DNA of 64,000 nt from an uncultured Armatimonadetes bacterium (GTDB taxonomy: Bacteria; Armatimonadota; Hebobacteria; Hebobacterales; Hebobacteraceae). Below, piece by piece: positions 1-6,856 of this stretch. Within the stretch, counting starts at the first letter, position 1; the number at the start of each line of letters is the position of its first letter. The notes under the pieces are model-generated. The model saw nothing but the letters and a program-made list of their open reading frames with translations. It did not search any database and was not told the origin of the DNA. The position numbers and the translations under genes were made by a program. The stretch is from positions 4,256,001 through 4,320,000 of the forward strand of contig OY970296.1 in assembly GCA_963716175.1 (NCBI GenBank). The letters run 5' to 3'.

Positions 1-227
1 TCGAGTTCGCGCACCAGAGAGGGCTCGGCGCGGAGCTGGGCGAGAATGTAGATCCCGTCCCGCCGGCCCTTGATGTCATAGGCCAAGCGGCGGCGCTCCC
101 AGGGAGCAATCTTCTTCACCTCCGCGCCGCGGCTGGTGGCGAGGTCACTGAGGCGCTGCTGGACAGCCTTGATGTCCTCGTCGGAGATGGTGGGGTCAAC
201 GATAAACATGATCTCGTAGTCGCGAAT
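1..227 (-). CDS. rpsF: 30S ribosomal protein S6, 3' end runs off the window; apparent ATT start
   Basis: Manual translation: (M)RDYEIMFIVDPTISDEDIKAVQQRLSDLATSRGAEVKKIAPWERRRLAYDIKGRRDGIYILAQLRAEPSLVREL, with S6 motifs RxYE and W.RRLAY.I. SD AGGAGGT lies 8 nt upstream of ATT. Not in the supplied ORF track. Confidence 0.95.
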   Translation of the reverse strand, partial: MRDYEIMFIVDPTISDEDIKAVQQRLSDLATSRGAEVKKIAPWERRRLAYDIKGRRDGIYILAQLRAEPSLVREL

Positions 228-235
228 AGGAGGGG

Positions 236-285
236 ACCTCCTTCCTCTGGACTTGTTCGGCCCGCCTCAGGCGGGCAGGAAGGCC
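236..285 (-). ncRNA. S6:S18 ribosomal protein leader (cis-regulatory RNA)
   Basis: Minus strand reads CCTTCCT-GCCCGCC-TGA-GGCGGGC-CG-AACAAGTCCAG-AGGAAGG-AGGT. The outer stem overlaps the SD and the inner hairpin is followed by the CCG motif, directly upstream of rpsF. Confidence 0.8.
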
Positions 286-328
286 AAGCAAGCGGCAGCA
301 AGGCCCGCGGTTCGGCACAACACGTCGG

Positions 329-357
329 ATTATAGCATGCCCACCGGCCGAGGGCAA
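329..357 (-). promoter_or_regulatory. sigma70-type promoter of rpsF
   Basis: TTGCCC-17 nt-TATAAT with extended TG on the minus strand. Confidence 0.7.
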
Positions 358-382
358 GAGCAATGGCCCGCGTCGAGCTTTA

Positions 383-412
383 TTGTGAGGCTTTCGCGGG
401 ATATGGTATACT
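383..412 (+). promoter_or_regulatory. sigma70-type promoter of the yggS operon
   Basis: TTGTGA-18 nt-TATACT with extended TG. Confidence 0.5.
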
Positions 413-437
413 TGGCTGCTCCGAGAGGCAAGTGGTG

Positions 438-1142
438 ATGTCAGGGGCTGCGAGACCGGTTGATGTCGCGGGCAACGTAGCCCGGATTCGGGAGCGGATG
501 GCGCGGGCCGCGGAGAGGTCCGGGCGCCGACCCGAGGAGATTCGCCTGGTAGCTGCCTCCAAGCAAGTGGAAACAGCAAGGATCAGGGAAGCGATCGCCG
601 CGGGCATCACCGATGTGGGCGAGAACTACGTCCAGGAGGCCGCGGCGAAGCGCAGCCAGATCGGTGAGAAGGCGCGCTGGCACCTGATCGGACACCTGCA
701 GCGCAACAAGGCGGCCCAGGCGGCGCGGATCTTTGACATTATCCAGACTGTGGACAGCCCCCGGTTGGCGGAGGCGATCGGGCGGCGGGCCGGAGCCGAT
801 GGCCGGACGCTGTCCGTGCTGCTCCAGGTGAACACCTCGAGCGAGGAGACCAAGTCCGGGGTGGGTCCGGAAGGGCTCGAGGGGCTGCTGGAGGCGGTGA
901 TGGGAATGCCAGGCCTGCGGGTGGAAGGCCTGATGACCATCGGGAGCCTGCACCCCGACCCGGAGCAGGGACGGCCTGAGTTCCGGCTGCTGATGGAGCT
1001 GGCAAGAGCGATGCAGGCGAGGCTGGGGGTGGAGATGGGGTGGCTGTCTATGGGCATGAGCCACGATTTCGAGGTGGCGATCGAGGAGGGAGCGACCCTG
1101 GTACGCATCGGAACCGGGATCTTCGGGCCCCGGCCGGGGTGA
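438..1142 (+). CDS. yggS: PLP homeostasis protein, YggS/PROSC family
   Basis: LVAASK, GENYVQE, WHLIGHLQRNK, LSMGMSHDFEVAIEEGATLVRIGT motifs. Confidence 0.95.
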   Translation: MSGAARPVDVAGNVARIRERMARAAERSGRRPEEIRLVAASKQVETARIREAIAAGITDVGENYVQEAAAKRSQIGEKARWHLIGHLQRNKAAQAARIFDIIQTVDSPRLAEAIGRRAGADGRTLSVLLQVNTSSEETKSGVGPEGLEGLLEAVMGMPGLRVEGLMTIGSLHPDPEQGRPEFRLLMELARAMQARLGVEMGWLSMGMSHDFEVAIEEGATLVRIGTGIFGPRPG

Positions 1143-1206
1143 GCCCGACGGGCAGTGCAGCAACTTCAAAGCTGAGAGTCACAGCAACAATGGAGGAGGG
1201 GAGCGC

Positions 1207-1623
1207 ATGGCTGGTCTGCTGGAAAAGATGAAGTCGTGGTTGTTCGCGGAGGACGAGGACGGGTTAGAGATGCCGGGTGCGGACGAGGAAGCGGGGGTGC
1301 CGGCCCCGCGGCGAAGCAGACTGATTCCTATCCATTCACGGGCGGGCGAAATCTTCATCCGGAGGCCGCGTACGCAGGAGGAGGCGCGCATCTGCGTAGA
1401 CTGCCTGCGGGGGCGGCGGGCGGTGGTGGTGAACCTCAAGGATGTGCAGCCAGAGCATGCGCTGCGGGTTTTCGATTTCTTGGCCGGGGCCACCTATGCG
1501 GTCGGTGGTCAACTGGAGCAGGCCGGGGAAGGCGTGTACCTGGTGACCCCGCACACCATTGGCATTATGGCGGAGGAGCCACAGGCGGGTACTCCGCGGT
1601 CAGGCTTCTGGCAGGAGATCTGA
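1207..1623 (+). CDS. sepF: cell division protein SepF
   Basis: VVVNL...RVFDFLAGATYAVGG...YLVTP; position after yggS. Confidence 0.9.
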   Translation: MAGLLEKMKSWLFAEDEDGLEMPGADEEAGVPAPRRSRLIPIHSRAGEIFIRRPRTQEEARICVDCLRGRRAVVVNLKDVQPEHALRVFDFLAGATYAVGGQLEQAGEGVYLVTPHTIGIMAEEPQAGTPRSGFWQEI

Positions 1624-1864
1624 CAGCGCCACGGGCAATTGCTGAATAGGGACGCCTCCGCGCTGACCGGGAGGCGAGGTGTGCTGACGCCGGAGGTTAC
1701 CCCTCCGGCTGTCGGCCTCTTGTGCCGCCTTACGAATGCCCGTACAATTCAGTGCCGGCCCGCTGGCGGCGGCACGCGCACAAGACGCTGTTCTCGGCAA
1801 TGCAGCACCATCATATGCACCAGGGATCGGGCCGCCGATGGACGCGGAGGAAGGGAGGATTCCT

Positions 1865-2683
1865 ATGGCGGCGAGGTACACTCTCGGCGTGATCGGCGCG
1901 GGGCAGATGGGAGGGGCCCTGGTGCGGGGTATGATCCGCGCCGGGGCGCTGCCGCCCGGCCAGATCGCCGTCTCGGATGCGGAGCCTGGCCGCGTGGCCG
2001 GGCTAGCGAAGGAGCTGGCGGTGAAGGCGGCGACCAGCAACCAGTCCTGCGCGGCCGAGAGCGAGTATGTGCTGCTGGCGGTGAAGCCGGCGCAGGTGGC
2101 TGGGGTGCTGAAGGAGGTGGCGACCGAGCTGGGCCCTGCCCAGACACTGGTGTCCATCGCGGCCGGAGTGACCCTGGCCCGACTCAGGGAATCGCTGGGG
2201 AGGGCGGGGGCAGCGGTGGTGCGGGTGATGCCCAACACGCCGGCGCTGGTGGGAGCAGGCGCGTTTGCGCTGGCCGCCCCTGGCGTGGCGAGACAGCGGG
2301 TGGACAAGCTGAAGGAGCTGTTGAGGCCATTGGGCGAGGTGGTCGAGGTGGGCGAGGAGATGATGGACGCGGTGACGGGGCTGTCCGGGAGCGGCCCGGC
2401 CTTCGTGTTCGTGATGATAGAGGCGATGGCTGATGGCGGCGTCTCCGCCGGTCTGCCGCGGCCGGTGGCCCAGCAGCTCGCGGCCCAGACCGTGGCCGGG
2501 GCGGCGAAAATGGTGCTGGAGACAGGCGAGCACCCGGGACGGCTGAAGGATGCGGTGGCCTCCCCCGGCGGCACCACCATCGCCGGGCTGGGTGAGCTGG
2601 AGAGAGGCGGGTTCCGGGCGGCGGTGATCGCGGCGGTGCGGGCGGCGGCGGCGCGAGCGAAGGAGCTCGCCGGAGGCGAGTAA
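1865..2683 (+). CDS. proC: pyrroline-5-carboxylate reductase
   Basis: IGAGQMG, LAVKP, SIAAG, RVMPNTP, TGLSGSGPA, SPGGTT; SD GGAGG upstream. Confidence 0.95.
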   Translation: MAARYTLGVIGAGQMGGALVRGMIRAGALPPGQIAVSDAEPGRVAGLAKELAVKAATSNQSCAAESEYVLLAVKPAQVAGVLKEVATELGPAQTLVSIAAGVTLARLRESLGRAGAAVVRVMPNTPALVGAGAFALAAPGVARQRVDKLKELLRPLGEVVEVGEEMMDAVTGLSGSGPAFVFVMIEAMADGGVSAGLPRPVAQQLAAQTVAGAAKMVLETGEHPGRLKDAVASPGGTTIAGLGELERGGFRAAVIAAVRAAAARAKELAGGE

Positions 2684-2709
2684 AATCGCGGAGAGCTAGC
2701 GGATGCTGG

Positions 2710-2988
2710 TTGCCGGAGGCGACTGAATTGGTGAAAACGCTTCTGGAGTACGCGATCTGGGCGATGATGCTGGCCATCTTCGCGAGCGTGCTGATCTCCT
2801 GGCTGCGCCAGTTCCGGGTGCAAGTTCCCTATGGCCATCCCCTGGTGCGCGCGATCGAGAGTACTGCAGACGTGATGCTCCGGCCCATCCGGCGGAGTCT
2901 GCCTACGACTGGCGGGGGACTGGACTTCTCCCCGATGGTGGCGATCTTGATCCTCTACGTGCTACAGGCGCTCGTCGCACGCCTGTAG
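2710..2988 (+). CDS. yggT: YggT/YlmG family membrane protein
   Basis: ISW...LRPIRR..P..GGLDFSP motif; gene context. Confidence 0.9.
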   Translation: MPEATELVKTLLEYAIWAMMLAIFASVLISWLRQFRVQVPYGHPLVRAIESTADVMLRPIRRSLPTTGGGLDFSPMVAILILYVLQALVARL

Positions 2989-3091
2989 ATGGCAGCCTGT
3001 AAGATGACCCGGACAGTTCCATACCAAAGCCGCCGGGGCTGCGGCCTGCGAAGGCCGGCCGGGTTGTGATATAGCCTCTAAGGAGCCTGCC

Positions 3092-4465
3092 GTGGCGGGT
3101 CCTCCCCTACCCCGTCGGCGATCAATGCTTCGTACCGTGGTGATGGCTGCGCTGGCCGCTGCGCTCCTGCTGGGCCTGGGGACAGGCGCGATCGCTCCTC
3201 TGCCCGCGCCGGGCGCGGCGCGGTGGGCCCTGCTCTACCGGCGGGCCGGCGACACCTTCGTGCGGATGTTCTGCCTGGCCAGGCTGGAGCCAGACTCGGC
3301 CGCTGGCCGGCGCTTGCTGGAGAGCGCGGGCCGGTACTACCAGTTGAGCGAGCGGGCAGATCCTTCCCAGGTGGAAGCGGCGGCCTCCCTGGGGCTGGTG
3401 CTGCATGTGCTGAACCGCAAGCAGGAGGCGCTCCTGGCACTGAGCAGAGCGGCGACACAGGTGCAGCCGACCTCGCAGAAGAGAGCGCTGGCCGCGCTCT
3501 TGCTGCTGGTTGTGTCGCGCCGGCCCGACCCCATGCAGTTGGAGGAGGCCAGAGGCTTCGCCTCAGAGCTGGCGCCGGGGCCGATGACGCTGGCCTTCGC
3601 CTATGACAGCATAGGCAGATCGGATCTGGCCGAGCGCGAGTGGGATCAGGCCGAGAAGCAGGCCAGCCGCATGCTGCCGGCGCTGACCGTCATGCTGGTG
3701 ACCTGCGGACTGCTGATGTGCGCCGGCGTGGCGGGCCTGGTAGCTATGCTCATCGGCCTCATGCGTCGCAGAACGGGGATGCGCGAGCCGCCTCCACCTG
3801 CCACCTGGGGGGTGCGGGAGGCGGCGGAGGCCCTGATCTGGTGGGTGTTACTGGGGGCGGTTGCCAGCGCCCTGCTGGCCCGCCTCGGGCTGCTCTCAGC
3901 GGGCAGAGAGCGAGACGGCGCAGTGCTGGTGGCGCCCAGCTTGATCGCCGGAGCAGGGGCCATCGCCTGGGTCTGGGCGGTCTCGCCTCGCGGAGGCGGC
4001 TTCGGCTGGCGATTCGCCCGCGGCTGGCGAAGCCTGGCTGTGGGCCTTGCCGCGGCAGGAGTGTTGGCGCCGGCGCTGCTAGTGCTGGAGCAGGCGCTAG
4101 AGAGAGCGGCGGGTCCTTCCGAGCACGCCCTGGTTCCGATCTTCGCCACGGCCGCGGACTGGGGGAGCAGGGCAGCCCTGATGCTGGCCGCCTGCGTGAT
4201 CGTGCCCGCGCTGGAGGAGACGTTGTTCCGCGGCATTCTGTATCGGGGCCTTCGCAGCGGCTGGTCGGCCGCGCCGGCGGCAGGGGTGAGCGCGCTGATC
4301 TTCGCGGTGGGGCACGTGAGCTGGGTGGGGCTTCTGCCCTACCTGCTGTTGGGGCTGGCGCTGGCCTGGCTTTACGAGCGCACGGGGTCGCTGCTGGCGC
4401 CAGCGGTGGCGCACGGGGCGTTCAACGCCTTCAACCTGGCGATCCTGATGGCTCTTTTCGGTTGA
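3092..4465 (+). CDS. CPBP (Abi/CAAX) intramembrane metalloprotease with an N-terminal helical/TPR-like region
   Basis: EETLFRG, FAVGH and HGAFN motifs; several hydrophobic helices. Confidence 0.85.
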   Translation: MAGPPLPRRRSMLRTVVMAALAAALLLGLGTGAIAPLPAPGAARWALLYRRAGDTFVRMFCLARLEPDSAAGRRLLESAGRYYQLSERADPSQVEAAASLGLVLHVLNRKQEALLALSRAATQVQPTSQKRALAALLLLVVSRRPDPMQLEEARGFASELAPGPMTLAFAYDSIGRSDLAEREWDQAEKQASRMLPALTVMLVTCGLLMCAGVAGLVAMLIGLMRRRTGMREPPPPATWGVREAAEALIWWVLLGAVASALLARLGLLSAGRERDGAVLVAPSLIAGAGAIAWVWAVSPRGGGFGWRFARGWRSLAVGLAAAGVLAPALLVLEQALERAAGPSEHALVPIFATAADWGSRAALMLAACVIVPALEETLFRGILYRGLRSGWSAAPAAGVSALIFAVGHVSWVGLLPYLLLGLALAWLYERTGSLLAPAVAHGAFNAFNLAILMALFG

Positions 4466-4469
4466 CCCC

Positions 4470-4760
4470 ATGGGCAGTGAAGCTATCGCGATCCAGGTGC
4501 GGCCTCGATCCTCACGGGCGGGAGTGGGGCTGGGAAAGAACGGAGCGATCGTGGTCCGCGTGCACGTGCCGGCAGCAGAGGGCGCAGCCAACCAGGAATG
4601 CATTCGCGTGCTGGCCCAGGCCCTGGCCATGCCCAAGTCGGCGGTACAGATCGTGCGCGGGGGGAAGAGCCGATCGAAACAGATTGCGGTGGCCGGCCTG
4701 AGCGGCGCCGAAGTGCGGGCCCGCCTGGAGCGAGCTGCCTTTGGAGAAGCGCGGCCGTGA
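4470..4760 (+). CDS. DUF167 (YggU/UPF0235) protein
   Basis: VRPRSS...EGAANQE...GGKSRSK. Confidence 0.85.
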   Translation: MGSEAIAIQVRPRSSRAGVGLGKNGAIVVRVHVPAAEGAANQECIRVLAQALAMPKSAVQIVRGGKSRSKQIAVAGLSGAEVRARLERAAFGEARP

Positions 4761-5494
4761 TGGGGGAGCAGCAAGGCAGGCCCTTCCTTTCTGTGGTGAT
4801 TCCTGCCTATAATGAAGAGCACCGCCTCGGCCCTACCCTGGCGCGCATCCAGCAGTACCTGTCGGCGCAGAGCTATCAGTCCGAGATCATCGTGGTGGAC
4901 AACGCGAGCGCGGACCGGACTGCGGAGGTGGCGCGAAAGGCCGGGGTGGAGGTGATAGCAGAGCCGCAGCGGGGCAAAGGGGCGGCCGTTCGCAGCGGGA
5001 TGCTGGCCGCCCGCGGGGAATACTTGCTGTTCTCCGATGCGGACCTTTCCACACCCATCGAGGAGGTGGAGAGGCTGATGGAGGCGCTGCAGGCCGGCAG
5101 CGATATTGCCATTGCCTCCCGCGCCCTGCCGGAGTCCAAGCTGCCGGTGCGTCAGCCCTGGTATCGCGAGCTGGTGGGGCGAGCAGGCAACCTGCTGGTG
5201 AGGGCGCTAGCAGTGCGAGGGATCGTGGACACGCAGTGCGGGTTCAAGCTGTACCCCCGCGAGATCGGCCAGCGACTGTTCGGCGCGCAGCGGATGACCG
5301 GGATCGCCTTCGATATGGAGATCCTGTTTCTGGCGCAGCGACTGGGGCTGAAGATCGCGGAAGTGCCGGTGACCTGGGTGGATAACCCCGACACCCGCTT
5401 CAGCCGGGTCTGGGATTCGCTGGACGCGATCAAGGACTTGCTCCGGATTCGGATGAACTGGCTGCGAGGGCGATACCGACTCCAGCATCTGTGA
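4760..5494 (+). CDS. GT2 glycosyltransferase, dolichyl/polyprenyl-phosphate glucosyltransferase-like
   Basis: SVVIPAYNE, VVDNAS.D, GKGAAV, DADLS, DTQCGFK. Confidence 0.9.
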   Translation: MGEQQGRPFLSVVIPAYNEEHRLGPTLARIQQYLSAQSYQSEIIVVDNASADRTAEVARKAGVEVIAEPQRGKGAAVRSGMLAARGEYLLFSDADLSTPIEEVERLMEALQAGSDIAIASRALPESKLPVRQPWYRELVGRAGNLLVRALAVRGIVDTQCGFKLYPREIGQRLFGAQRMTGIAFDMEILFLAQRLGLKIAEVPVTWVDNPDTRFSRVWDSLDAIKDLLRIRMNWLRGRYRLQHL

Positions 5495-5506
5495 CGGCGG
5501 GCGGCT

Positions 5507-6001
5507 ATGGCGAACGAGAGGCAGTTCAAACTGAACACCAGGTTCGTGGCGACGCGGAACGTGAGGGAGTATCGCGAGACCATTCCGGCCTGGGTGACCA
5601 AGGAAGATGCGGTCCTGGAGATAGGCTGCGAGTGGGGCACGACCACGGCCTTGCTCGCGCCTCACTGCCGGGAGGTGATCGGAACTGATGTCAGCCCGGA
5701 GTGCATCGAGACCGCCCGGCGCAAGCACCCCGGGATCCGATTCGAGGTGCTGGACGCGTTCGATGTGCTGGCCGCGCAGGCGCTGGGCAAGCAGTTCACC
5801 AAGGTCTACATAGACATGTCCGGGCTGTCAGGGTATCGCTCGCTGCTGGACCTGATCGCGCTGCTGACGATGTACGGGACGGTGCTCCGGCCCGAGGCCA
5901 TCATCGTGAAGAGCGGCGCGCTGAAGCAGTTCGCCTCTCACTGCATCCCCTGGAGAGCGGGGGAGAGCCGGCGCGGGCCGCAACGAGAGCCAGAGGAGTA
6001 G
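5507..6001 (+). CDS. class I SAM-dependent methyltransferase
   Basis: VLEIGCEWG, GTDVS motifs. Confidence 0.75.
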   Translation: MANERQFKLNTRFVATRNVREYRETIPAWVTKEDAVLEIGCEWGTTTALLAPHCREVIGTDVSPECIETARRKHPGIRFEVLDAFDVLAAQALGKQFTKVYIDMSGLSGYRSLLDLIALLTMYGTVLRPEAIIVKSGALKQFASHCIPWRAGESRRGPQREPEE

Positions 6002-6010
6002 GGGCGCGGG

Positions 6011-6856
6011 ATGAAGATGCTGGTAACCGGGGCAAAGGGAATGCTGGGGGCCGAGGTTTGCGCGGCGCTGTCCCATCAGCACCAGGTGCACGGCGTTGAC
6101 CTGGAGGATTTCGATATCACGGAGGCGGGCGCGGTGCGGGCGGCGCTGGCCGCGGATCGCCCTGAGGCGGTGGTGCACTGCGCGGCGTGGACCGATGTGG
6201 ACGGATGTGAGCGCGAGCCAGAGCGCGCTTTCCGCCAGAACGCAGGTGGCACCCGGAACGTAGCCGCCGCCTGTGCCGAGATCGGCGCCCAGATGGTCTA
6301 CATCAGCACGGATTTCGTGTTCGATGGGGAGAAGGCGGAGCCCTATACGGAGTTCGATTGGCCCAATCCGCTCAGCGTCTATGGCGCCTCCAAGCTGGCG
6401 GGCGAGGAGGCGGTGCGAGGGCTGGTCTCCACCCATTACGTCGTCCGAAGCGCGTGGCTGTACGGCGCACACGGGCGCAACTTCGTCGCGACCATTCTGG
6501 GGACCGCGGCGGAGAGCGACGAACTCCGGGTGGTGGCGGATCAGGTCGGCTCCCCGACCTATGCCCGGGATCTGGCCCAGGCGATTGCCGACATCGTCCT
6601 GTCAGGCCGGGTGGTGCCTGGCACCTATCATCTTGTCAACAGTGGGGTATGCTCCTGGGCCGAGCTGGCGGCGGAGGCGCTGCGCCTGGCCGGCAAGCCG
6701 ACGCGGGTGGTGCCGATCCTCGCGGGCGAGTGGCCCAGCGCGACCCGGCGGCCTGGGTATTCGGCGCTGCGCTCTCGCTGGCTCGAGCTGCAGGGAGTGG
6801 CGCCGCTCCGCCATTGGAAGGAAGCACTAGCTAGCTATATCAAAGGTCTGGAATGA
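6011..6856 (+). CDS. rfbD: dTDP-4-dehydrorhamnose reductase
   Basis: TGAKGMLG, HCAAWTDVD, ISTDFVFDG, YGASK, DQVGSPT. Confidence 0.92.
   Translation: MKMLVTGAKGMLGAEVCAALSHQHQVHGVDLEDFDITEAGAVRAALAADRPEAVVHCAAWTDVDGCEREPERAFRQNAGGTRNVAAACAEIGAQMVYISTDFVFDGEKAEPYTEFDWPNPLSVYGASKLAGEEAVRGLVSTHYVVRSAWLYGAHGRNFVATILGTAAESDELRVVADQVGSPTYARDLAQAIADIVLSGRVVPGTYHLVNSGVCSWAELAAEALRLAGKPTRVVPILAGEWPSATRRPGYSALRSRWLELQGVAPLRHWKEALASYIKGLE

Noticed and set aside
196-579. 127-aa minus-strand ORF over the rpsF leader
   Set aside because: Different frame from S6; spans two promoters and the yggS start; no homology signal.
6700-6855. T-box leader before ileS
   Set aside because: ileS overlaps the rfbD stop, leaving no leader, and no T-box consensus is present.
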